From Candidatus Iainarchaeum sp. (GTDB taxonomy: Archaea > Iainarchaeota > Iainarchaeia > Iainarchaeales > JAZDFD01), in the NCBI GenBank assembly GCA_043808155.1, contig JAZDFD010000026.1, positions 19,817 to 83,816 of the forward strand: a stretch of DNA of 64,000 nt. Reading direction: 5' to 3'. Shown in pieces: positions 10,347 to 20,276 of this stretch. The position numbers were made by a program, and so were the translations under genes. The number at the start of each line of letters is the position of its first letter. The stretch's first letter is position 1. The notes beneath the pieces are model-generated. The model did not search any database and was not told the DNA's origin. It worked only from the letters and a program-made list of their open reading frames with translations.

Positions 10347-10772
10347 ATGAAAAAAATAGTATTAGTATTACTCCTAGTATCCACAATTCTTTTTTCCGGG
10401 TGCTTGGATGATTTTGGAGGAAAGCCAAAAATAGTTTTCAAAGGCATGGATGACGTAAGAGTACCTGAAGAATGTGCAGACGTAAAAGATGATGTTTGCG
10501 GATTGTTTAGTTGTATGGTTGACCTTTGTTGGTGCAAAGAAGGACCAGATATGATTCTTTACGAACCAAATACTGATGTCTCAAGTAATACTGAAGCAAC
10601 ACAGCTTGTAATGACTTACATCAGTGAAAACAGTCTGAATCTTACAGTAACAAACTCAGTACAGCTTAACACAGTGTTCTATAATGTTTTTGCAGAAGAT
10701 TCTTCTGGTAATGAAGAAGTATTCACAGTTGCTGCAGATGGAACAATTATACAAACAATTTGCGGTGTTTAA
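10347..10772 (+). CDS. small Cys-rich lipoprotein
   Basis: Starts at the base after the upstream stop. MKKIVLVLLLVSTILFSGC lipobox. Confidence 0.55.
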   Translation: MKKIVLVLLLVSTILFSGCLDDFGGKPKIVFKGMDDVRVPEECADVKDDVCGLFSCMVDLCWCKEGPDMILYEPNTDVSSNTEATQLVMTYISENSLNLTVTNSVQLNTVFYNVFAEDSSGNEEVFTVAADGTIIQTICGV

Positions 10773-10802
10773 GAAAAAGAATTAAGAAATAAGGTTTTGT
10801 AA

Positions 10803-11525
10803 TTGGAAAGATTCTGGGAAATTGATTCATTAAGGGGCATTGCGCTTTTGGGAATGCTCCTTTCAAACCTTATTACGGATTTGGCGTATTTTAATTTCCT
10901 AGACATTAACATATCCTCTGGTTTTTGGTGGTGGTTTGCAAGAATTGTTGCAGGCACTTTTATTTTTTTAGTGGGGGTTTCATTAACTTTGAGCTACTCA
11001 AAAGCAAAACAAAAAATATCTGAAAAACAACTTCTTTTGAAATACATAAAAAGAGGCTTAAAAATTTTCTCATGGGGTTTAGCAATCACATTAGTTACCT
11101 GGATTTTCATTCCTCAGGATTTCGTTGTTTTTGGAGTTCTCCATCTGATTGGAGTTGCAATAATACTTTCATATCCTTTTCTAAATAAAAAACTTCCAAA
11201 TTTAATTTACGGAATTTTCATTTTTTTGTTTGGTTTGTGGTTATCGAATTTCACGTTTGATTTCAATTTACTTTTATGGCTGGGTTTCATTCCTGCGAAT
11301 TTTCACACTGTAGATTATTTTCCATTACTTCCGTGGTTTGGTGTGATTCTTTTAGGAATTTATTCAGGAAATAGATTTTATGAAAATTATAAAAGAACAT
11401 TTGCAGTTCCAAAATGGAAAAATTCACTAAGTGTAAAAGGTCTTTCATTCCTTGGAAAACATTCTCTTAAAATTTATTTAATACATCAACCAATAATTCT
11501 GATAATTTTATTTTTCTTGTTTTAA
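10803..11525 (+). CDS. DUF1624/heparan-alpha-glucosaminide N-acetyltransferase-like membrane protein
   Basis: 240 aa, TTG start in the track. N-terminus RFWEIDSLRGIALLGMLLSN and a multi-TM body match my memory of DUF1624. Confidence 0.55.
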   Translation: MERFWEIDSLRGIALLGMLLSNLITDLAYFNFLDINISSGFWWWFARIVAGTFIFLVGVSLTLSYSKAKQKISEKQLLLKYIKRGLKIFSWGLAITLVTWIFIPQDFVVFGVLHLIGVAIILSYPFLNKKLPNLIYGIFIFLFGLWLSNFTFDFNLLLWLGFIPANFHTVDYFPLLPWFGVILLGIYSGNRFYENYKRTFAVPKWKNSLSVKGLSFLGKHSLKIYLIHQPIILIILFFLF

Positions 11526-11556
11526 AAAATAAAAAAAAGAAGAAAGTAGCATTATG

Positions 11557-13563
11557 CTACTTCATTTTTTTGATTAAACCTTTTTTCTTTGCGTAGAAAT
11601 AAGCTGTTATTAAGATTGCAATTATTACAATCAAAGCTACAAAGGTGCCTACATCCAAACCAAAAATTCGTAATTGCCCATCCCCTGTTGATCCTGAATC
11701 GACTATGACACTATTGTCTTTTTCTGTTATGTCTTTGTCATCGAAAACACAGTCCTCTCTATTTAATGTACAGAATTCAGAACATTTGAGATTTCCTGTG
11801 CCCCAGTTCATACTTGAGCAGTCAATTCCACCCATGTTTTCTCCGTCACATTCTTCTCCGATTTCAAGTAATTCATTTCCACACATTGCTGCGGTTTCTT
11901 CTCCTGTTCCAGTACCACCGTCAGTTCCGTCTCCAGATTCATCGGTGTCTCCTGTGCTCTCTGGTTCGTCACCTAACAGGTAACAGTAAGTAAGATCAGG
12001 ATTACAATCGTCCATGCAAGTCATGATTCCACCTGCATAACCTAAAGCTCCACATGAAAATGATCCTAAGTCATCTCCGTCACATCTTTCACCTGCTTCT
12101 CTGATTTCGTTTCCACAAACTGAATCAGCATCTTCTTCTGTGAACTCACAACTATCTGTATTGAAGATACATTCATCAGTGCATGCTAATGTTCCTGCAT
12201 CAAACCCAAAGTCAGTACATGTTTTTCCGTTTAACTCTGTTACGTCACAAGCTTCATCTTCTTCAAGAACACTGTTCCCGCATTCTGCTACTACTGGTTC
12301 TTCATCATCTTCTGCACCTATTGCAGTGTAAACACACACACATGCATCACATGAAACTTCGAAACCTTCTTCTGCAGCATCACAATGTTCTGCAAGTTCA
12401 CATTCTTCACCAGGTTCCCCAATTTCATTGCCACATGTTGGTTCAAATTCACACAAACTGAAATCAAATCCACATGTTTCAGTACATGATAATGTACCAT
12501 TAGTGAATGGGAAACCCCAGACATAATCAAAGTCTGCACAGGTTTTGTCATGCAAATCATCAGTATCACATGCTTCACCTTGAACAGCTTCTCCATCTCC
12601 GCAGACTGCTAAGAAATCAAAGAAAGTCCAAGTATACCATCCATCTGTTTCCGGAACAAACCTTGCAGCTTCTGCAACTATTTCTCCATCAATTGTGTCT
12701 TTACGCAACTTAAGTGTATGGTAACCGCCATTACTGCCTGTTGAAATTCTTAACATTGCTGAAATTCCTGAGAATGCAGTTTCTGAAGAAACAAATTCTT
12801 GTCCAATAGGCATTGTATTGAAGATGGTGTATCCTCCCTCATTTGCAAAGTCATTTGATGCATCTGGTTCAGAAAGATTATAAACTCTGAACGCAAAATC
12901 CCATCCTTGTAATTCACTGTTAATTATCCCTTGACCATCTTCGTAATCAGTTCCGATTGCCCATGTTCCTGAATCATCTTCTGCAATTAGATCTATTACA
13001 TATTTCTGTGCAACTGTGGTAGTTTGTGAAGTGTACGCAATTGATGTTTGAGATGTTTCGAGTTCATTGTTCCAGTTGTGATATTTTATATTTTTAATTC
13101 GGTGCATGAATTCGCTTCCAATTTGCGCATCTGAATCAAATTGATAAATTACATGCAAATGCATCGGAGTTCCAGAACTAACTAATTTTCCATTGGAACA
13201 ATCGAATATAATTAGTCCGTTATCTCCCGTAAAACTTTCCGCAGATGCTACTAGATCTTCTGCAATTCCATCTAAATCATTGTCTCTCATAAGTACTACA
13301 GAAACAACTTCTTCCAATTCATTTCCTGATCCCATTGATTCAAGCATAACTTCATCAATTGCCCAAGTGGTGTCTGTACTTGTAAATAATTTCCAAACTT
13401 TAACTGTGTGCATTGTCGGCCCGCCAGTGAACACCCAATTATGAGTTCCTGGATCGTTTTCACCAGAACCAAGGACAATTTCATCGAGAGCGTATACTGA
13501 ATTCACAATCATAAGTGTGAAAAAAATCAAAAATAATGTTGTAAAACATTTCTTTAAATTCAT
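11557..13563 (-). CDS. surface protein: duplicated N-terminal domain, five CGN-x-E-x-GE-x-CD Cys-rich repeats, C-terminal TM anchor
   Basis: Signal peptide. Two copies of a domain ending in DFAFRVYN-like motifs. Repeats such as VCGNEIREAGERCDGDDLGSFSC and MCGNELLEIGEECDGENMGGIDC are like the Myxococcus-type cysteine-rich repeat. C-terminal anchor VALIVIIAILITAYFYAKKKG. Confidence 0.7.
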   Translation of the reverse strand: MNLKKCFTTLFLIFFTLMIVNSVYALDEIVLGSGENDPGTHNWVFTGGPTMHTVKVWKLFTSTDTTWAIDEVMLESMGSGNELEEVVSVVLMRDNDLDGIAEDLVASAESFTGDNGLIIFDCSNGKLVSSGTPMHLHVIYQFDSDAQIGSEFMHRIKNIKYHNWNNELETSQTSIAYTSQTTTVAQKYVIDLIAEDDSGTWAIGTDYEDGQGIINSELQGWDFAFRVYNLSEPDASNDFANEGGYTIFNTMPIGQEFVSSETAFSGISAMLRISTGSNGGYHTLKLRKDTIDGEIVAEAARFVPETDGWYTWTFFDFLAVCGDGEAVQGEACDTDDLHDKTCADFDYVWGFPFTNGTLSCTETCGFDFSLCEFEPTCGNEIGEPGEECELAEHCDAAEEGFEVSCDACVCVYTAIGAEDDEEPVVAECGNSVLEEDEACDVTELNGKTCTDFGFDAGTLACTDECIFNTDSCEFTEEDADSVCGNEIREAGERCDGDDLGSFSCGALGYAGGIMTCMDDCNPDLTYCYLLGDEPESTGDTDESGDGTDGGTGTGEETAAMCGNELLEIGEECDGENMGGIDCSSMNWGTGNLKCSEFCTLNREDCVFDDKDITEKDNSVIVDSGSTGDGQLRIFGLDVGTFVALIVIIAILITAYFYAKKKGLIKKMK

Positions 13564-13660
13564 CCTATAACCTCCTCTAAAGTATAGATTTATGCATATT
13601 TGTAATGTTTTAATATATATAAAAGTAACTAATAAGAAACTAGGGGTGAGTATGTAAGTT

Positions 13661-14917
13661 TTACTTCTTTTTAGTTTGTTTATTCTTTATTTGTGTGTTT
13701 TTAGGCTTAGCACTTTTGTGGATTATGACAATCACAATAAACAAAACAAATAATGCAATCAGACTTCGGATAAACAAATCAGAGGACGTCCAAAGTGTTT
13801 CCCATATTGGTTTTTCAGATTCATCATCAAACACAGGTATTGGTGCAGGTACAATATTTTTACATTCTGATAAATCAAAAGTGCAGGTGCTTGAACATTT
13901 TAATGTTCCTGTGTCATAACCCCGCGATTTGCAAGTGTTTCCATTTAGATTTTCACTGTCACATTGCTCGCCTTCTTCAATTATCCCATTTCCACAAACA
14001 CTTTCTAAAATAAATTCAATCCATTTATTTTCCATTGTTTTTTCAACAAAAATTGTTTGTTCATTAAGTATTTTTCCCTCAAGTGAATTTTCATGTAATT
14101 TCAAAGTTAGATTTTCTCCTGCAAGATTAAAATTATTCTCACTTTTTAACAAAATTTCAATTATTGAAAATCCTTCCTTTTCTGATAAAAATTCCTGTGC
14201 AATTTGAGAATTTGAAAAAATTAAGTGACCTTTATTGTTAATTGGAATTGTTTCAGTTTCTAAATCATTTCCGCTGTACACTCTAAATGCAAAATCTTTA
14301 TTCTCTAAATGATTTTTTATTATTGCTTGGCCGTTTTCATATGGTTCACCAAGTTTCCATGCAAAGTGGTCATTTTCGCCAACTAATTCAATCACATATT
14401 TTTTCAAGTTTGTTTCAGTTTTTTGTTCATCAAAATTAAATGAAATCCAAAATGGTTCAATTGAGGCTTCCACAAACTGAGTTATTTCCTCAATTATTTC
14501 ACCATCAACAGAATTTTTTCTAATTCTGATTGTTACATTATCCCCGTTAGCACCATATTCACCACGTGATTCCAAGTAAAGATCAACTCTTGAAAAATCA
14601 GTGTAAAATGTACGGAACTCTTGTCCCAAGGGTTGCCTTGAAAATATTTTGTATGCGAAACCACCACCTGCGGGAGTTTCAGCAGCTAATAAATCATAAG
14701 CATAAACTTTGAAACCTAAATCATGCATTGCGTTTGGAACCCCGCCTACAATTGCAGTTCCATCAACAAAGGGTTGTCCGCCAGTGAGCCATCCAAAATG
14801 GTCAATTTCAGAAGAAACTTCAATTACATAAAGAAAGTCATCTTCAGCATAGGCTGACACAATTAAACTGAGCAGTACTATTCCAACTAAAAAAAGTTTC
14901 ATTATGTTATTCATCAC
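13661..14917 (-). CDS. paralogous surface protein (duplicated N-terminal domain, one CGN Cys-rich repeat, C-terminal TM anchor)
   Basis: Same architecture as 11557-13563: KDFAFRVYS, AQEFLSEKEGFS, VCGNGIIEEGEQCDSENLNGNTC, and TM segment LIALFVLFIVIVIIH. Confidence 0.7.
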   Translation of the reverse strand: MMNNIMKLFLVGIVLLSLIVSAYAEDDFLYVIEVSSEIDHFGWLTGGQPFVDGTAIVGGVPNAMHDLGFKVYAYDLLAAETPAGGGFAYKIFSRQPLGQEFRTFYTDFSRVDLYLESRGEYGANGDNVTIRIRKNSVDGEIIEEITQFVEASIEPFWISFNFDEQKTETNLKKYVIELVGENDHFAWKLGEPYENGQAIIKNHLENKDFAFRVYSGNDLETETIPINNKGHLIFSNSQIAQEFLSEKEGFSIIEILLKSENNFNLAGENLTLKLHENSLEGKILNEQTIFVEKTMENKWIEFILESVCGNGIIEEGEQCDSENLNGNTCKSRGYDTGTLKCSSTCTFDLSECKNIVPAPIPVFDDESEKPIWETLWTSSDLFIRSLIALFVLFIVIVIIHKSAKPKNTQIKNKQTKKK

Positions 14918-14992
14918 TATTCAATAATGATTTGTAATATATAAAACTAACTTTTATAGTTCTGCTGAACCTTTTATAGTTCGTCAAGCTGT

Positions 14993-16171
14993 TTACAGTT
15001 CTTTAACAACATTTTCAATTCGTTCTAATGCTTTCTTTATGTTTTCAATTGAATTAGCATAGCTGAATCTCAAATAGCCTTTTCCATATTCCCCAAAGCA
15101 GGTTCCTGGCAAGCAGGCAACTCCTGCGTCTGTCATTAGTTTGTCTGCAAGTGCTTCTTCATTGTAGGGCAAGTCTTTGATGTTTGGGAATGCATAGAAT
15201 GCACCTTTTGGCATTCTGCAGCTAATTCCGTCAATTTTATTCAATCCGTTTACAATAACATCTCTGCGCTCTTTGAAGATTTTAATTCTTCTTTCAATTT
15301 CGTCCTGATTTCCAAAAAGTGCTTCAATTCCTGCCATCTGTGTAAAAGCACAGGTGCACGAGACCGAATTAATCATTAATTTTGTGATTTTTTTCGCAAG
15401 CTCTTGTGAAGTAATTGTAAAACCTAATCTCCACCCCGTCATTGCATATGTTTTTGAGTGGCCTTCAATAAGAATCACCCTGTCTAAATTATCATCATGA
15501 AGCATACTTTCATGTTTTCCGTCATAAACTAATCTGTTGTAAATTTCATCTGAAATTACAAATAATTTGTGGTCCTTTGAAAGATCATCAATTGCTTTTA
15601 AATCTGATTTTTCTAAAATTCCGCCTGTAGGATTTTGCGGAGAATTAATTACAATTGCTTTTGTTTTTGATGTAATAAGTTCTTTAAGATCCTCAACATC
15701 AAACCGAAAGTCTTTACTCTCACTTAGTGGCAGTGACACAGGAACTGCACCCATAAAATTTACAACTGAACCATATGTAGGGTATCCTGGATTTGGAACA
15801 ATCACTTCGTCTCCTGCATCAACTGTTGCAAGAAGTGAAAGGAAAATTGCTGGCTTAACTCCAGGAGTGATATTAATATTGTCTTTGCCTATTGAGTTCA
15901 TTTTGTTATGCTTTGCAATATATTCTGCATATTTTTCACGTGCCTCAATAATCCCTGCAGAAGGCGTGTAATGAGTATAATTATCATCCAGTGCTTTTTT
16001 TGCTGCATTTTTAATGTTCTCAGGTGTGTCAAAATCAGGTTCCCCAATTTCAAGATGAATTATATCTTTTCCTTTTTTTTCAAGTTCTTTAGCTTTTGCA
16101 AGAACTTCAAAAGCGCCTTCACCGCTTAATTTCTCAACATTTTTAGAAAATCGCATATGCATTTTGCCCAC
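14993..16171 (-). CDS. pyridoxal-phosphate-dependent (class I) aminotransferase, aspartate aminotransferase-like
   Basis: 392 aa. VINSPQNPTG, and SKTYAMTGWRLG carrying the PLP lysine. Confidence 0.85.
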   Translation of the reverse strand: MGKMHMRFSKNVEKLSGEGAFEVLAKAKELEKKGKDIIHLEIGEPDFDTPENIKNAAKKALDDNYTHYTPSAGIIEAREKYAEYIAKHNKMNSIGKDNINITPGVKPAIFLSLLATVDAGDEVIVPNPGYPTYGSVVNFMGAVPVSLPLSESKDFRFDVEDLKELITSKTKAIVINSPQNPTGGILEKSDLKAIDDLSKDHKLFVISDEIYNRLVYDGKHESMLHDDNLDRVILIEGHSKTYAMTGWRLGFTITSQELAKKITKLMINSVSCTCAFTQMAGIEALFGNQDEIERRIKIFKERRDVIVNGLNKIDGISCRMPKGAFYAFPNIKDLPYNEEALADKLMTDAGVACLPGTCFGEYGKGYLRFSYANSIENIKKALERIENVVKEL

Positions 16172-16215
16172 CTAACACTTGTTTGCTCACCTAAAGATTG
16201 GTGTGTTATTAGCTT

Positions 16216-16221
16216 TTTAAA
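16216..16221 (+). promoter_or_regulatory. TATA-like TTTAAA 28 nt upstream of the purH ATG (leaderless-type spacing)
   Basis: Context AGCTTTTTAAAGCTT. The same TTTAAA-to-ATG spacing (28-30 nt) is seen at fen1 and at two small ORFs. Confidence 0.4.
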
Positions 16222-16243
16222 GCTTTTTACTCTCAGAATTAAT

Positions 16244-17791
16244 ATGAAAGTGCAAAAAGCTCTGATTTCTGTTTATGATAAAGAGGGCATTGCTGATTTT
16301 GCAAGAGGATTGTCTGCATTGGGAGTTGAAATCATCTCTACTGGGGGCACTGCAAAACATTTGCAGGATGCCGGAATTGCAGTAATTCCTATTGAAAAAG
16401 TAACTGATTTTCCTGAAATTCTTGACGGACGTTTGAAAACATTACATCCCGCAATCCACGGCGGGATTTTAGCTGTGAGGGAGAATTCTTCTCACATGAA
16501 ACAGTTAAAAAAATTAGGAATTGAAACAATTGACTTAGTTGTAATAAATCTCTATCCTTTCAAGGAAGTAATTTCAAAAGAAATTGTGAAACTCGAAGAC
16601 GCAATTGAAAACATTGATATTGGCGGGCCGACAATGCTCCGGGCTGCAGCAAAGAATTACAAAAACGTTTGTGTTGTAACAAGCCCTTCACAATATACTG
16701 ATTTACTTAATGAATTAAAAAAATCAGGGACAGTTTCACTTGAAACAAGAAAAATGTTTGCAGCAAAAGTATTTGAAGAAACTGCATATTATGATTCTTT
16801 GATTTCTGATTATTTACGAAAAGAACTCACTGAAAATGATTTTCCTGAAAAATTAACAATGGGTTTTGAAAAAATTGCACAAACAAGATATGGCGAAAAC
16901 CCTCATCAGCAGGGTGCACTTTACAAATCAGTTGTACAAGTGGGTTGTTGCACTGTTGGTACTGAACAAATTCAGGGAAAAGAACTGTCATTTAACAATT
17001 ATTATGATATGAATGCTGCACTTGAACTTATAAAAGAATTCTCAGAACCCGCAGTAGTAATTGTAAAACATGCAAATCCCTGCGGTGTTGCAATTGACAA
17101 AACAATTTCTAATGCTTTCAAAAACGCACTGGAATGTGATGCCAAGAGCGCATTTGGAAGTATAATTGCACTTAACAGAACGTGTAATGTAGAAACTGCA
17201 AAACAGATAACTTCCTTCTTTAATGAAGTTGTGGTTGCTCCTGATTTTGATAAAGATGCTTTAGACGAATTCTCTAAAAAGAAAAATTTGAGAGTTTTGA
17301 AATTAGAAAAGCTAGGTTCTGATTCCAGAATGGGCTGTGTGGATTTCAAAAAAATTGATGGTGGAATTTTAATTCAGGATACTGATACTGCAAATACAAC
17401 GCAAAAAGAATTACAGATTGTTTCCAAAAACAAACCTTCCGCACAACAGCTTAAGGATTTGCTTTTTGCATGGAAAGTTGCAAAACATGTCCGAAGTAAT
17501 GCGATTGTTCTTGCAAAAAACAATGCAACTGTCGGAATTGGTGCGGGGCAGATGTCAAGAATCGATTCAACAGAACTTGCAATAAAAAAAGCAAACGGAA
17601 AAGAAAAAGGTGCAGTTCTTGCATCAGATGCATTTTTCCCATTCCGGGACAATGTAGATTCAGCAGTCAAAGCAGGCATAGTTGCAATAATCCAGCCAGG
17701 GGGCAGTCTTCGTGACGATGAAGTGATTCAGGCAGTTAATGAACACAAAATCCCCATGGTTTTCACAGGGAAAAGGCATTTCAGGCATTAG
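16244..17791 (+). CDS. purH: bifunctional AICAR transformylase / IMP cyclohydrolase
   Basis: MKVQKALISVYDKEGIADFARGL...GGTAK is the MGS-like N-terminus; the AICARFT domain runs to ...FTGKRHFRH. I use ATG 16244. The track start at 16157 would overlap the divergent aminotransferase. Confidence 0.9.
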   Translation: MKVQKALISVYDKEGIADFARGLSALGVEIISTGGTAKHLQDAGIAVIPIEKVTDFPEILDGRLKTLHPAIHGGILAVRENSSHMKQLKKLGIETIDLVVINLYPFKEVISKEIVKLEDAIENIDIGGPTMLRAAAKNYKNVCVVTSPSQYTDLLNELKKSGTVSLETRKMFAAKVFEETAYYDSLISDYLRKELTENDFPEKLTMGFEKIAQTRYGENPHQQGALYKSVVQVGCCTVGTEQIQGKELSFNNYYDMNAALELIKEFSEPAVVIVKHANPCGVAIDKTISNAFKNALECDAKSAFGSIIALNRTCNVETAKQITSFFNEVVVAPDFDKDALDEFSKKKNLRVLKLEKLGSDSRMGCVDFKKIDGGILIQDTDTANTTQKELQIVSKNKPSAQQLKDLLFAWKVAKHVRSNAIVLAKNNATVGIGAGQMSRIDSTELAIKKANGKEKGAVLASDAFFPFRDNVDSAVKAGIVAIIQPGGSLRDDEVIQAVNEHKIPMVFTGKRHFRH

Positions 17792-17803
17792 GGTGTTTTT
17801 TAA

Positions 17804-18331
17804 ATGATAAAAAAAGTAGTTTTGATATCAATCGTTATTCTGTTGTTTGGGACAGTTCTCCTTTCAGGATGCACAAAGAAAACAACAAAATTGGATGAAA
17901 ACAGGAAAATTGAAATAATTCAAATTCCAACAAATAATATGAACGAACCAATAGATGAACTGAAAGATTGTGCAAAAGAGGGGGCGCAGTTTTCAGAAGT
18001 TTACACAGAGGATTATCCTGAAACTTGTTGTGAAGGACTAACTAACTGGGAATCGGGAATGGACACAAGCATTTCAATTGCAGACGAATGCTATGCCACT
18101 GGTGCAATGGCGGGTTCGCCTGTCGGAACCTGTATAAATTGCGGAAATGGGGTCTGTGAAGACATTGAAGGCGTATGCAACTGCCCAGAGGACTGCAGTG
18201 GAAAAAATAAATCTGATTTTCTTAGTATTGAAGATTTTTGCCAGAGCGGGTCTTGGACCAGAACTTTTTCAACAGTATGTGAAGACGAAATTGAAGGCTT
18301 TCCAATATGCAACTTATGCACATTTGCATAA
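17804..18331 (+). CDS. Cys-rich lipoprotein
   Basis: MIKKVVLISIVILLFGTVLLSGC lipobox; 175 aa with many Cys. Confidence 0.55.
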   Translation: MIKKVVLISIVILLFGTVLLSGCTKKTTKLDENRKIEIIQIPTNNMNEPIDELKDCAKEGAQFSEVYTEDYPETCCEGLTNWESGMDTSISIADECYATGAMAGSPVGTCINCGNGVCEDIEGVCNCPEDCSGKNKSDFLSIEDFCQSGSWTRTFSTVCEDEIEGFPICNLCTFA

Positions 18332-18462
18332 TCCTTTAAATTTTGGAATTATCTTCAAACACAAACAATATGAAAAATGGTGATGCAACAGTGAATTTCT
18401 TTTCTTCTTAACTGGAGCTGTACATAAGATGCTTTTTTATTTTTTACACTTCTTATTATACT

Positions 18463-18643
18463 ATGGCTGTAAACATAACACGATTCAAAAAATCAGCAGC
18501 CAATAATTGCCCTTTCAGCATATCATTCGAAAGATCACCCCACCGCTCTTGTTAAAATGATACAAGACATTAATCCGAATTACCGCGTAATTGAAACAAG
18601 AGTTTTCGGAATAGAAAAAATATTAATTCTTGCTACAAAATAA
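18463..18643 (+). pseudogene. small ORF (~59 aa if repaired) split by a frame change in an A6 run
   Basis: ATG 18463 gives MAVNITRFKK, then the frame closes. The +1 frame from 18494 reads QQPIIALSAYHSKDHPTALVKMIQDINPNYRVIETRVFGIEKILILATK* to a stop at 18641-18643. Removing one A from the run at 18487-18492 joins them. Function unknown. Confidence 0.25.
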
Positions 18644-18654
18644 AATTCATTTTA

Positions 18655-19239
18655 TTAAACCACACATTTTCCCTGTTTTGTGTCAATAATTCGTTTTTCA
18701 GTTACTATTTTGTGTATAGGTACATCATGTTTTTCACGGGGGATTTCATAAACAATCTGAAATTCAAATGCAAGTCCCACAGTTGGAATTGTAGGTTTAA
18801 TTTTCAAAAGAAATTTATCATAAAATCCAAATCCATAACCAATTCTGTCCCCTTCACAGTCAAATGCAAGTCCTGGCACAATAATAAAATCAACTTTCTT
18901 AGGATCAAATTCTCTGAAGAATTCTTTTTTTGGTTCATAAAGTCCGCACTTTTTTTCTTCAAGTTCAGTAAATGATTTAATTTCAGATATTGAAATTTCT
19001 TGTTTTTCAAAATCAGTTATGGGAACAATTACTTTTTTACCCATTGCAAGTGTTTCCTGAATCATCGCACGAGTTTTGACTTCGCCTTTCATAGCAGCAT
19101 AAAACATTACATTTTTTGCTTTTTTAAATTCTGACAAATTAAATAGTCTTTTTTTTATCTCGTGACTCTTGAAAGTAATGTCTTCGTGTGCATGAGCATC
19201 TCTTAACGCCATAATTTTTTCGCGTAGTTTTTGTTTCAT
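18655..19239 (-). CDS. 5-formyltetrahydrofolate cyclo-ligase
   Basis: 194 aa. IIVPGLAFDCEGDRIGYGFGFYDKFL is the typical family C-terminal motif. The start overlaps the purM stop by 4 nt. Confidence 0.8.
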   Translation of the reverse strand: MKQKLREKIMALRDAHAHEDITFKSHEIKKRLFNLSEFKKAKNVMFYAAMKGEVKTRAMIQETLAMGKKVIVPITDFEKQEISISEIKSFTELEEKKCGLYEPKKEFFREFDPKKVDFIIVPGLAFDCEGDRIGYGFGFYDKFLLKIKPTIPTVGLAFEFQIVYEIPREKHDVPIHKIVTEKRIIDTKQGKCVV

Positions 19240-20270
19240 TTTAAAGTCACTGAAGAACCTTTCACAACTTTGCCAATCACAAATGCTTTTTCATTAAGTT
19301 TCTGTAACTTGTTCATAATGTCATTAGTATCCTTTTTTGAAACAAACAAAACCAAACCAATTCCCATATTGAAAGCGCGGTACATATCCACTTCGGGAAC
19401 ATTTCCTTTTTTCTGCATGTATTTGAAAATAGCAGGAACATTCCACGAGTTCTTTTCAATTTCAATTCCAAGTCCTTTAGGCAAAACTCTTTTTGGATTT
19501 TCAATTAATCCCCCGCCTGTGATGTGTGCAATTCCTTTGATTTCAAATTTATTCATCAGTGAAATTACTGTGTTAACATACTCTCTGTGCGGAATCAATA
19601 ATGCTTCACCGACTGTTGAATCTAATTCATCAATGAAATCATTTACATTTTTGTTTTGCATTTTAAAGAAAATTTTTCTTGCAAGTGAATAACCATTAGT
19701 GTGCAAACCATCGGACGCAATTCCAATCAGAACATCATTTTCTTTTATGTTTTTACCGGAAATCATTTTGTTTTTATCCGCAATTCCTGTGATTGCACCT
19801 ACAATATCTGTTTCGTTTTTTTCATAAATACCTGGCATTTCTGCGGTTTCCCCTCCGAGAAGAGGAATTCCAAGTTTCTTACATGCTTTACTCATACCTT
19901 TTACAATTTGTTCAATCTGGTCAGGACTTATTTTTGATGAAGCAATATAATCAAGAAAATAAAATGGCTCTGCACCCTGACAAAGAATGTCATTTGCACA
20001 GTGGTTTACAATATCAATTCCAACAGTATCCCACTTGTTCATCATTGCTGCAATTTTTAATTTAGTGCCAACACCATCAACACTTGCAATCAAAACAGGT
20101 TCTTTAAATTTCATTAATTTTTCTGCACTGATTGCACCACCGAATGAACCAACACCCAATAACACATCTTTTGTAAAAGTAGAGTTAACATGTTTCTTTA
20201 TTTTTTCAACTGCAAGATTTCCTGCGTCAATATCAACACCTGCATCTTTGTAAGTTGCTTGTTTTTTCAA
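19236..20270 (-). CDS. purM: phosphoribosylformylglycinamidine cyclo-ligase (AIR synthetase)
   Basis: 344 aa. YKDAGVDIDAGN, SVDGVGTKLK, GGETAEMPG. Confidence 0.9.
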   Translation of the reverse strand: MKKQATYKDAGVDIDAGNLAVEKIKKHVNSTFTKDVLLGVGSFGGAISAEKLMKFKEPVLIASVDGVGTKLKIAAMMNKWDTVGIDIVNHCANDILCQGAEPFYFLDYIASSKISPDQIEQIVKGMSKACKKLGIPLLGGETAEMPGIYEKNETDIVGAITGIADKNKMISGKNIKENDVLIGIASDGLHTNGYSLARKIFFKMQNKNVNDFIDELDSTVGEALLIPHREYVNTVISLMNKFEIKGIAHITGGGLIENPKRVLPKGLGIEIEKNSWNVPAIFKYMQKKGNVPEVDMYRAFNMGIGLVLFVSKKDTNDIMNKLQKLNEKAFVIGKVVKGSSVTLK

Positions 20271-20276
20271 GGGGTA

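Noticed and set aside
16157-16243. N-terminal extension of purH from the track start at 16157
   Set aside because: The extension overlaps the divergent aminotransferase start and is non-conserved. ATG 16244 begins the conserved MKVQKALISVYDK and sits 28 nt after TTTAAA.
18332-18462. Possible RNA gene or regulatory element in the 320-nt gap after the 17804-18331 gene
   Set aside because: It is AT-rich with no stable conserved-looking structure. The gap is better explained by the small disrupted ORF at 18463-18643 and its T-rich promoter region.
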